Source: Callorhinchus milii
Lineage: Eukaryota
Assembly: GCF_018977255.1 (NCBI RefSeq)
Contig: NW_024704742.1
Coordinates: 3,968,001 to 4,032,000 of the forward strand
DNA: 64,000 nt
Direction of reading: 5' to 3'
Shown here piece after piece: positions 25,517 to 36,871 of the stretch. Each line of letters begins with the position of its first letter. Position 1 is the stretch's first letter. Under the pieces are notes generated by a model. It was not told the DNA's origin and did not search any database. It saw nothing but the letters and a program-made list of their open reading frames with translations. The position numbers and the translations under genes were made by a program.

Positions 25517-25841
25517 GGAGTCCTGTAGCTCAGTGGTTAGAGCACTCGCTTTGCGAGCGAGAGACCTGAATTAAATTCCAGGCAGAGGGTGAAACCTTGG
25601 GCAAGTTTCCTTACTCCACACAGAGCCTAATAATAATCCCTCCAAAACCAAAAACAATAATAAATTGGTCATTTTCAATCCACGACTGTTTGTGGGACAT
25701 TGCTGTGCGCAATTGGCTGCCGCGTTCGCCCACAAATATACAGTCAATTCACTTTACAGTGTGTTCTGTGAAGCGCTTTGGGACGTCCTCCCGACGTGAA
25801 AAGCGCTATATCAAATGCAAGGATTATTATTATTATTATTA
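25517..25841 (+). mobile_element. Full-length SINE of the same family (duplicate at 42021-42341)
   Basis: Near-identical to 12648-12959. Confidence 0.9.
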
Positions 25842-26771
25842 CCAACACATTACTCGGAAGTAACCTGTGTGCATCTGCGTGGCGCTGACACACACTTAAA
25901 ATAGGTAGTAAAGGAGAATTTGTTCCCTCTCCCTGGTGAAGAAGCCACGAGCAATGCACGTTTGCACAGTTCCGATCGCAAGTAATGACTCTCTCCACTC
26001 CATTGAGAAATGCTTCGTGAACCGCAGATCAAACGAGAGGCAGTCCTTTTGTCCTCGACTTGGTCCTTTTGTTGCCACCCCCCACCCCACCCCCACCCCC
26101 CAGTGAATCAACTCAGTCCCCCACACCCCACCCCACCCCCCAGTGAATCAACTCAGTCCTCTTTTGACACTTGCACTAAAGTAATCTACAATTTCAGTCC
26201 CTGGTGTCACAGAAAAGTATGGTCCACACACTCAAAAGTTAATTAAATAGGTCACTTTTTTTAAAAACAAAGGAAAGGGAAAAAAAATGTTTTGCCTCGA
26301 ACGAACGAACGAACGAACGAACCGTTTGCCCATTTTTTCTCCTTGTTAAAAAAAAATGAACTTATTTTAAATATCACAGTTTTCGTTTCGATAAGGAAAT
26401 CGTTCTCATCCCTCGTTGTCGCCATCGATGCGTCTCAAAGCGCTTCTAAGGAATATACTGTGCAGTGAATTGACTGTGTCTGTGTCTGTGTGTGTTTTGT
26501 GTGTGTGTTTTTTTGTGGGCGATGAGTTTTCGTCTCCAAATCGATTTCCTTGGGTTTTTTTTTTTGCTGTGGGTTTATCTCAGCCCCACTGATGGGTGAA
26601 GTGGAGAGATTCTCCTTCAGGTAATAGCGTCGGGACTTCGGAAATACGCACTCGAAAAAAAGTCGGATTTTAACCCACTATTCGCCGATGCGCCTCGAGG
26701 TTTAATTTCGCCCGAAACGTTTCGTTCGCACATCCACAGCACTGACGATGGATTGGGTGAAATAGTGGTCC

Positions 26772-26834
26772 TTTATTTGAAATAAGTCACGACACACACG
26801 GGCTTTCATTTTTTTTAAAAAAGATGTATTTATT
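26772..26834 (-). terminator. Candidate atoh1 polyadenylation signals (two AATAAA on the minus strand)
   Basis: TTTATT at 26772-26777 and 26829-26834, about 1.2 kb past the atoh1 stop codon at the end of a U-rich 3' UTR-like tract. Confidence 0.4.
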
Positions 26835-27463
26835 TAGTCCAAAAAAAATCTCCTGCCTTCCTCCCAACCCCCAACCCCCCCCCCCCCCAAAAAAAAAGGA
26901 GAAACAGTACATAAACCAATAGCAAAAAGTTGCTAACAATAATAATAATTAAAAAAACAACGTTTCGTTCGTGTTCTTTTTAAAAAAAACAAAGGGAAAA
27001 AAAAGATTTCCAGCTCACACACCAAAAAAAACACAGGTACAAAAGCGAACCAAAGCACATACATTGGCTGGAGAGGGAGAGAGAGAGAGAGGAGGATGGA
27101 GGAGGATGGAGGAGGAGAAGGAGAAGAAAAAAAAGGACCACACAGTGTCAGCAAATAAATAATTCTACCTTTTCACTTTGCCAAAAAGAGGAAGAAAAAT
27201 AAGACATATAAATTCCCACTGGAAGACAGAAGGTTTGACACAACCGAATGGAAAATACCTACACACACACTCTCTCTCTCTCTCTATTTATACACATATA
27301 TATATATAAACACATATATATATATTTGAAAACACCCCCAATTGCAGGTGAACTCTCTTTAAATAGTCAGCTCAAAGGATTGGCAGTTTCAACGTCGCTA
27401 TAGGTCGTGGGTTGGGTTTAAAGTGCGCGCATTACAAACAAAAAAAGGATTACAACAACATCA

Positions 27464-27505
<42 letters not shown>

Positions 27506-27975
27506 GGAATCCGTATAAAAATTAGCGATTTTTTTTTTCGTTTGGGAATACATTATTACTATTATTACTATTTATTATTATCATTATTAAGACGACCCAA
27601 AAATAGTTCTATTAGCATTCAGCGTTCATAGCAAATACAAAAACAGCAAAACCAACACCCCCCCCACCACCACCCAGTCACCCCCACCCTCCCACCCAGT
27701 CACCCCCACCCCCACCCAGTCACCCCACCCCACCCCCACACAAATGGATGGAAGACTAAGTTCAATTCTAAAACGTTTCACTTTCTCTTTTTTTTCTTCT
27801 TTCCTTTGCTTTTTATGTGTGTGGGTGTGTGATGGTGGTGGTGGGGGGGGGTATGTGTCTGGGTATGTGTGTGTGGGGGGGTATGTGTGTGAGGGTATGT
27901 GTGTGGGGGTGTGGGTGTGGGGGGGGGGGGGGTATGTGTGTGAGGGTGTGTGATGGGGGGGGTGTGGGTGGGATG

Positions 27976-29357
27976 TTAGTAATTCTGCACCAGTTCAGAG
28001 AGTTCATCACCAACACCAACACCAACACCACCATCCTCATCCTCATCTTCCTCCTCCTCCTCCTCCTCCTCCTCGCTCTGCAGATCCAGGGCCACGTCTG
28101 AGTCGCTGTAGCCCGAGTGAGGGGAGAACTCCCCATCGCTGCGGTGGGACCGAGGGGAAGCCTTCTTCTGCCCCACCAGGGCCGGGGAAGACGACGATGA
28201 CAGATCCTCCTCCTCCTCCTCGCGGTGATGGTGATGGTGGCGGTGTTGGTGATGGTGGTGGTGGTGGTGGTGGGACATGTCCATCTGGTCCCGGTCGAAG
28301 CCGAACTGCAGGGGGTTCAGCTGCACCGAGTAGCCGGCGGTGGGGTACCGCCTGCAACTGGGGGAGGGGGAGGTGATGGAGGAGGGGGAGGAGGTGATGA
28401 TGGAGGAGGTGGAGGAGGTGGAGATGATGGAGGAGGAGGAGGTGGTGGAGGTGGTGATGGAGGAGGTGATGGAGATGGAAGAGTTGGTGGTGGTGGTGTT
28501 GGGTTGGTGTTGGTGTTGGTGTTGGTGGTGGTGGGTACCATCGCCTTTGGGGGGCTGCTCCCCCCCCCTCCCCCCGCTCCCCCCCCTCCCCCTCCCCCCT
28601 GCAGCAGCTCGGCCAGGGCTGTGATGTAGATCTGGGCCATCTGTAAGGTCTCGTACTTGCTGAGCTTCTTGTCGTTGTTGAAGGACGGGATGACGTTCCG
28701 CAGTTGGTCGAAGGCGTGGTTCAGGCCGTGCATCCGCCGCCGCTCCCGGGCGTTGGCCGCCAACCTCCGCTGCTTCTGCACTCCGTTCACCTGCCGACTG
28801 GGGGGCGCCCGCTGCCGGCAGCCCAGCTCCCCCCGGGCCCCCCGGGCCCCCCAGCCCCAGGGCCCCCAGGGACCCCACCCCCAGCCCCAGGGCCCCCAGG
28901 GACCCCACCCCCAGGGCCCCCAGGGACCCCACCCCCAGCCCCAAGCCCTTCAGCCGACACAGCTCCCGCACCTTCATGGGGCTTCTCCCACCAACTCCAA
29001 CTCCTCCATCACCTCCTCCCATCATCATCATCATCTCCTCTTCCTCCTCCTCCTCTTCTTCCTCCTCTTCCTCCTCCTCCTCCTCCTCCAAGTCGCCGTC
29101 GGCTCCCAACAGCGTCTCGTCCGACGATCCGGGCGACAGGTACTCGGCGTGTGCCGGGCAGGTGCCGGGGGGGTACACCGGGGCCAACCAGGCTCGGGGG
29201 TCGGTGTCCAGCAGGGACAAGCCCCCCCCCGGCCCCGCCCCCCCCACACCCCCCACACCCCCCGCCCCGTAGCCCAGGTGAGCCGACAGCCCGGACTGTT
29301 GGTGCTGCAGACACCGCTCGGCCGCCAGTTCCTTCATCTCGGACCATTCGTGGTCAT
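27976..29357 (-). CDS. atoh1: Protein atonal homolog 1 (bHLH), copy 1; single exon, frameshifted as assembled
   Basis: The b[63 protein letters not shown] (~28605-28790) is essentially the vertebrate ATOH1 domain. ATOH1-specific motifs [30 protein letters not shown] and [21 protein letters not shown] are also present. ATG at 29357 is inferred from copy 2 ([11 protein letters not shown]). The indels fall in G/C runs. Confidence 0.96.
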
Positions 29358-32300
29358 TGGCGCACCCGGAGAGGGGGTGTGGGGTGGGGTGGGGTGTGGG
29401 GGTGGGGTGGGGGGGTGGGGGTGTGTGGGGGAAGGGGGGGAAGTGGGGGGAGAGAGGGGATGGGGATGGGGAAGAAGGTGGGTGAAAGGAGGAAGGTGAA
29501 AGGAAAGGAGAGGGAGAAGGGGTAAAACAAGATAAAAGAGAGAGAGGGAGGGAGGGAGGGGGTAAATAAAGAGGGAGAGAGGGGGTAAATAAAGAGGGAG
29601 AGGGGGGTAAATAAAGAGAGGGTAAATAGAGAGAGAGAGGGTAAATAGAGAGAGAGAGAGGGAGAGGGGGTAAATAAAGAGAGAGGACGAAATGAAGTCG
29701 TAACGACCAGAAAAAAAATAATAAGAATAATAAAAGTTTGATGCGGGGGGGGAAAGGGGGGAAGGAGAGAGAGAGGGAGAGAGAGAGTGTGTGTGTGTGG
29801 GAGAGAGGGAAAGGGTAGAAAAAAAGGGGTCAACACCAAAAAAAGGGGGAGAGAGAGAAAGTGGGAGCGAGAGAGGGAGAGAGAGGAGAGAGTAGAGAGG
29901 AGAGGACCACAAATGAAGTCGCTGCAACAACAACGACAAGAAAAATGATAAAATAAAAGTTTGATGGGGAGGAGGAGGAGGAGGACGGGGGGGGGGAGGA
30001 GAGCGAGAGAGTGGGGAGGGCAGAGGGAGGGAGGGAGGGTGGAGGTGGTCGGGGTGGGGGGGGGGTGGGGGGGTAAACTCTGCAGTCCGGATGCTCTTGT
30101 TGCTGACGATGCTCTGAAGTGGCACAAACACACGAAGTTGTCGCAGGTTGNNNNNNNNNNNNNNNNNNNNNNNNNNNNNNNNNNNNNNNNNNNNNNNNNN
30201 NNNNNNNNNNNNNNNNNNNNNNNNNNNNNNNNNNNNNNNNNNNNNNNNNNNNNNNNNNNNNNNNNNNNNNNNNNNNNNNNNNNNNNNNNNNNNNNNNNNN
30301 NNNNNNNNNNNNNNNNNCTCTCTATATCCCTCTCTCTATCCCTCTCTCTAATCTATCTCTAACTCTTTCTCTCTCTCTCTATATATATATACATCAATAT
30401 TCCTCTCTACGTCTATCCCTCTCTCTCTCTCTCTCTATCCCTCTCTCTATAACTATATATACATATCACCTTCTCTCTCTCTATCCCTCTATCTCTACCC
30501 CCCCCACCCCCCCCCTCTCTCTCTCTCTAAATATATATATATATCCCTCTCTCTCTCTGTCTATAAATATATATATATCCCCTTCTCTCTCTTTATTCCC
30601 CCTCTCTCTCTCTCTCTATATATATATAATATATATATATATATCCTTCTCTCTCTTTATCCCTCTCTCTATGCCCTCCCTCCCTCCCTTTTATCTCACT
30701 CACTCACTCACTCACTCACTCGGGGTTTTTTTTTGGAGCAGAGTTTTGTTTGGAAACTTTCGGTGCAGTCCGGATGCTCCTCTCTTTCCCTTCGCTTCTC
30801 TTCTGCTCCGGTGTCGCCGCCGAAGTCGGGGGCAGATTGGGGCAAAAAGGGGCTCTTCTTCTCCTTCTTCTTCCTTTATTTTCTCTCTCTCTCTCTCTCT
30901 CTCACACTCTCTCTCTCTCTCTCTGTCTGTCTGTCACCTTCGGCACGCGTGTCTGTTTGCACAACAACACACACACAGACAGTGGTTCTCGTGACGATGC
31001 TGAATAATAACACGATTGTAGGCAAAAGGTCTGAAAAGGGTTCGGTTTAAACTCGTGCATTCAAACCCTGTCTCCCCTCTCACCCACTTCAAGCCCTACT
31101 TGAGTTTCCTGCTTTTGTACAGCGATCACTCTTTTGATCTCTGGCCGGCGCGCCCTGTTTGAGCGATTCCCCCACCACGTGAATCAGTGAAGTCATCTGG
31201 TCTGACTTTTACAAGGAGTTTATCAGAGCTTTTCTTTTTATTTACCTTAGGTTGCGCTGATTACGAACGTGTGGTGGGGGCGGTGGTGGTGGTGGTGGGG
31301 GGGGGGGGGGGGAATAAAAAAAGGAACTTTACAGTATGTCCCTTAAAGCGCTTTGAGACACCTCAAGGACCGTGACAAGGAGCGATATTAAACGCAAGGA
31401 TTATTATTATTATTATTATTATCCTAGTTAACAGCAGATTCTATGGGAATAATATACATTGTACCACAGTGACATTGACTGGCGTTGGGGGGAAGAGGAG
31501 GGGGGGGTGGGGGTGGAGGGGGGGATGTATATTGGGAAAATGCCAAGGGGACGGGGGAGGGGTGGGGGAATTGAACCCAAATAAGATAAAAGCAATTAAA
31601 CGGGCATTGTCTTGGCTCTGTAAGTCATACAGAGACTTAAGCGTATGCACTTGAGTTTATTATACTCGTTGAACACGGGTGGTCTTGTTTACACGACGTG
31701 TTGGAAGTGAAATCGTAACCTTTTAGCGTTCTCTTTGTGCCCTTCCTGACAAGAGGCGGTTTGCTCACGAAATACCCAGTCACGCCATTCCGCAGTAAAT
31801 CCTGCGAGGTGAGGATGTGAAGCTGAGACGTCGCGACGACGTGACCGGGCCACGCGAGGGTTATTATTAATTCTTATTAAAAAAAACCAACGCTCGTGAT
31901 AAAGCTGCGTCCGCGAGCAGTTACTCTCCGTGTACGGGTGAGGTTGTGCAGCGTGGTTGGAGACTCGGGGCGGAAGCTCACAGCACAACCAGCTCCAAAT
32001 ATAAATCCATTCCATTCCAACAACCTTACCTCTGGAATTCCCACTTGTAGGTGGGATGCATGGAATTCCCAGCACACGGCGATGGGTTTCCCCACCTGTC
32101 GGGCTCCTGGCTGACCGCAAATAAAATCACTGTGAAAGCAGGAGAGGGAAAGGGAATGGCACCGACGCTAGTTAAAAAGGGGACAGGGAGGCAAGACCAG
32201 AAATAATACAACGCGAATAGGTAGGGTGGGCGGTGGGGGTGGGGAGTGGGGGGGGGGGGGATTATTTAGGCTGAGTATAGACGAGCAAGAAATTTAAACA

Positions 32301-32922
32301 CAGTTTCACTGCAACACTTTAAAGTGGGAATTAAGTCGGGAGTCAAGGGCGGTGCCTGTGACTGTGGCACTGGGGTCTTTTGGTCTCCCCTGAGCGCTCA
32401 CTGTTTGCTGTTGATTTTTTTGTGTCACTGGGCCATCCTGTGCAAACACCAGGTTGAACATTGTAACTGGGGATTATTGAAGTGTCCTCCGCACAATGCT
32501 GGTCTGTGTCCCATTCGCCACGCTCGGCTGGCTCCTGCGAGTGTGTGCAGAGAAAATGTGACACGATGTTGGCTTGGACATTATTCAGTCTGGATACCGG
32601 TTAACTCAGCGCTGTCTCCATGGCAATCTCACATCAAGACTCCTTCCCTGCAAAAATCCCAAATCAAGAGACAAGACGTGCGTATGTGTGTGTGCGTGTG
32701 GAGGGGTGGGGGGGGGGGTGGGGGGGGGGAGAAATTCAGAAATAACAATAGGCACACAGCAAGAATAAACTTTGTGCATGGTGTGCAGTTTCAACTCGAA
32801 CAAAACCAATATCATTCATATATTCGAGGACGCGATAAGGCGCTCTATCAGATGCAAGGATTGCATTCGTTCACCGTGTTTCGGTATTCTGATCTGTTTG
32901 TTTTATTTGTGATACTTACTGT

Positions 32923-33281
32923 TTAGTGGTTAGAGCACTCGCCTCGCAAGGGAGAGGACCTGGGTTCAAAATTACGAAACGTTGGGCAAGTTTCCTTACT
33001 GCACACCCCTCTATTTACCCAAGAGCTGTTGTGGTTGTTAGTCGATTGGACTAACCCTAACCCTAACCCTTTTCCAGAGATACTGATTCCTTCAAAAAAA
33101 ATAATAATTTGGTCACTCAATCCACGACTGTGGGGCACTGCTGTGCGCAATTGGCTGTCGTGTTTCGTCTACAAAATATACATTCAATTCACTTTACAGT
33201 ATATTCTGTGAAGTGCTCTGAGATGATTTGAAGACATGATAAGGTGCTGTATCAAATGCAAAGCTCATTATTATTATTGTT
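32923..33281 (+). mobile_element. SINE copy (duplicate at ~48427-48785)
   Basis: Head TAGTGGTTAGAGCACTCGCC, core and tail as in the family. Confidence 0.8.
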
Positions 33282-36200
33282 AAATCTGCTTTGTCTATGC
33301 TCTTCTCTCCCTCACATTCACCAGCATTGTGTTTTATACATATATGATTAAAATTAGGTCTCGCAACACATCGCCGGTTGCTCCCAGTGACAAGAGGGAT
33401 TAAGGGATATGGGGATAGGACGGGTAAATGGAATTAGATCAGCCATGATCTTATTAAACGGCGGGGCAGGCTCGAGGGGGGGAATAGCTTACTCCTGTTT
33501 CTACGTCTTATGGTTTTGTGAATACTGTATAGTTGGCATTGATTTCATGGGGTCTGTGCCTCAAATTACTGTGCAACTTTCAGTGAAAGCCTGGGCTTCA
33601 AATCACATCCATTCTACTTTCCACCCGATCCGAAAGCCACCTGCAGCACCAAACGGAGTGAGTCAATGCCCTCTTGTGGCGGTTTACTTCCAAATCTTTC
33701 GACTCTTTTTTATATAAATAAATCCATCACTTGGCATCAGGTAGAGAAATCTTCTCTGCATCAGGTGCTGGTCTGTGTATATCAGGTGCCAGATCTGTGT
33801 ATAGCAAATCTGGTCCTGTGTATATCAGGTGCTGGTTTGTGTATATGAGGTGAGGGTCTGTGTATATTAGGTGTTGTGGCTTTGTGCATATCGGTTTTTC
33901 CAATGGCTTAACATGAGGAAAATAGATAGATATGGTTGTGTAACAAAATTGTTATGATCTGTACACAAAGTCAGAAAAATAGTTTGCTTCAAGTGTTTCG
34001 TTTACACTTGCAGAAAGCCAAACACTGCGAATACTGCAAATACGGCATATTTATCAAGAGCTTTCAGATGTCCTCCTGATATGAAAGGAGCTGTGTAATA
34101 TGAACGTGAATTGTATTATAAGTTGCAGCGTACGTATTTATAATACAACAGCAGCAAGATTACATTTGTATAGCGCCTTTCACGTCCCAAGGCGTCCTCC
34201 GTGAAATACCTCCATTTCAAGTTACTGTCTGATTAAAAGACGCTCTGCATACTTCTTTTTTGACGGGGGAAGTTTGTCAGAAGAGCCTGAAAAGGACTGC
34301 ATTGTTTTCCTTACGGTGATATCTCTCACAGGGAACAGAACGTTTCGGCATGATTTATTTATGCGGTTCCGAACACACGAAAGAAAGGTTTATCGGAAAG
34401 GTTGGAGACATTTTCATGAAAATGATATCTCCTGCTGTCTGTAAAATTACCGAGGGTCCAGTGCGATTTTATTTATGTGAGGGGAGACCTTACACGACTG
34501 ACGCGAGAACTTGTCGTTGCACCCTTCCAAATGTCACCCGCAATCCTTTTTAAGTGTGTTCCAAACCATTTTTCCGCACAGCTTTGGGAGGAGCGTTCCC
34601 AACAAAAACACATAATGGGCGTCGCGATGTTACCCCCCAGTTGTCATTTGGAAAACATTTTTTATAATTTGACAGTGATCGCTTCAGAAATCATCAATAT
34701 TGCATTGTTGGCATCGGTTTACATTAACACTGCGTTGTTGGCCGACCGTCAGTGTTCGTTTCTGAAATTTTCTGATGGCGAAAATGGTCTCAAAGCTTAA
34801 AGCCTTCGGTGAGTCAATCCATTGGACCGTGTTGTACGCAACGAGAAAATTCCAGGTTTCTTTGCCGGTCGGTCTGTGCCGAATGAGCTGATCCTGGCTG
34901 AGGTGGAATAGAGGTGACCATTGGACTCACCTTTGTTCAGTGAGAGGAGATATGAGTCTGGTTCCAGAGGCTCATAGGTAGTGGTCAAATTAATGAGCTG
35001 TCAGAAAGTTAACGGAACTGAAAATCACCATGAGACCTCCTTTCAGGAAAGTCTTAGAGAGAATAAAGTTCCTAAAAACCAGCTACATACAACAACCCCA
35101 TGGACCTTATAGTCCATATTATTATTATTATTATTATCTGTACTAATAAAGATAACGTGTTTGTCTGTGATCTGTGTATCGAACACTCATGCGATAACCG
35201 ATTGATGTAGACATGAGCTCTATTTAAAAAAATGCTTTAAGTAGGGCTCAGAATATGAAGGATGCACCGTATTCATCCCAAGGCGTCGAGAGGACACCTT
35301 GGGAAGTCCTCCCGATGCGAAAGACGCTATACAAATGTAATTTTGTTGTTGTTGGAGTCGTATTCTGCAACGACATAGCGACAGAGGAAAGCACACCGTT
35401 CGGAGCGATGCATCTATATTATGCAACAAAGGAATGGCACTTTTTTTTTCGGGTTGGCACGGGAGCTAGAGGGCTCCTCTCCTCGCCCGCCACAGCCACA
35501 GCGCTTGTCAGTCGCCCCACCACAGCCGTGCGCCGGAATCCGCTACAAACAACGCCTCTGTTATCAACCCACTAAACAGTGAAGTTTCCGCACGGTGCAG
35601 TGCAGGCGGGAAACGGGCTTCGCTCCACTTGGAGGCCCCGCTGTTGTGATTGTCTGTGTGTGTGTGTGTGTGTGTGCGTGTGCGTGTGCGCGCGAGTGTC
35701 TGTGTGAGTGTTTCCCTCTCTATGTGTTTGTGCGTTTGTGAGTGTCTACCTGAGTGTGTCCATGTCACTCCCCTCTGTACGTGTGTCTGTTTGCGAGTGT
35801 GTCTGTGTGTGTCTCTTCTAGGGGTGTGCGCGTGTGTGTGTGCGTGTGTGTGTGTGTGCGTGTGTGTGTGCGTGTGTGTGTTTATGAGTGTCTCTATGTG
35901 TATATGTCTCTCTCTCCTCTGTCTCTGTGCCCTGAGAGTCAGGAGGTGGTGACCCACTGTAGTCTGGTTGGTGTCCCTCCCACCCCCGGTGCCCACTGAG
36001 CCGGTCTGGTTTACCCCAATCATCTCCAGGCCCCATCCACCGTCTCTGAAAGGATAGACTTCAAGATCCTCATCGTCATCACACAATCCCTTCGCCCCCC
36101 AGTACCACCCCTCTCTACAACCGCTCGCACCCTATTCCTCGGCCGGACCCCTTTGCACAGCTAACAAAGGTGTCCCGGCCCCTCCCTCCGTGTACTTCAA

Positions 36201-36330
36201 CCATTACGCCCAACCTCGGGAACTCCCCCCAATCCCTCGGCTTCGCCCCTCCTTCTCCTCAACCCCCACCGAAGGACCTACATCTTCAACTGCAACAATG
36301 GTCACTCCACACGAATGGCCGGTGGGCAAT

Positions 36331-36840
36331 GCTGGGCTGTGATTGGTCAGTGTGTGAGCTGGGCTGTGATTGGTCAGTGTGTGAGCTGAGCTGTGATTGG
36401 TCAGTGTGTGAGCTGAGCTGTGATTGGTCAGTGTGTGAGCTGAGCTGTGATTGGCCGATGTGTGAGCTGAGCTGTGGTTGGCCAGTGTGTGAGCTGAGCT
36501 GTGATTGGTCAGTGTGTGAGCTGAGCTGTGATTGGTCAGTGTGTGAGCTGAGCTGTGATTGGCCGATGTGTGAGCTGAGCTGTGGTTGGCCAGTGTGTGA
36601 GCTCAGCTGTGATTGGTCGGTGTGTGAGCTGAGCTGTGATTGGTCGTGTGTGAGCTGAGCTGTGATTGGCCGATGTGTGAGCTGAGCTATGATTGGTCAG
36701 TTTGTGAGCTGAGCTATGATTGGCCGATGTGTGAGCTGAGCTGTGATTGGTCAGTTTGTGAGCTGAGCTGTGATTGGTCGGTGTGTGAGCTGAGCTGTGA
36801 TTGGCCGATGTGTGAGCTGAGCTGTGATTGGTCGGTGTGC
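36331..36840 (+). repeat. 27-bp minisatellite, 19 units, each carrying an inverted CCAAT box (tomm5 promoter), copy 1
   Basis: Unit ~GTGTGAGCTGAGCTGTGATTGGTCAGT; 17 of 19 units have ATTGG and 2 have GTTGG. The array ends ~30-40 bp before the tomm5 ATG. Confidence 0.92.
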
Positions 36841-36871
36841 GGTGTTGGCTCAGAGGTCAGTCAGAGCCGCC

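Noticed and set aside
26101-26159. 19-bp direct repeat CAGTGAATCAACTCAGTCC
   Set aside because: Simple local slippage duplication between C runs, with no functional evidence.
28657-29525. Plus-strand 270-280 aa ORFs antisense to atoh1
   Set aside because: Shadow ORFs of a GC-rich, repetitive CDS; not preserved in frame between the two copies.
33051-33070. (CCCTAA)3 telomere-like repeat
   Set aside because: Only three units inside a SINE's variable region; too short to call an interstitial telomere.
36331-36840. CRISPR-like regularly spaced repeats
   Set aside because: No unique spacers or cas genes, and the context is vertebrate; this is a tandem minisatellite.
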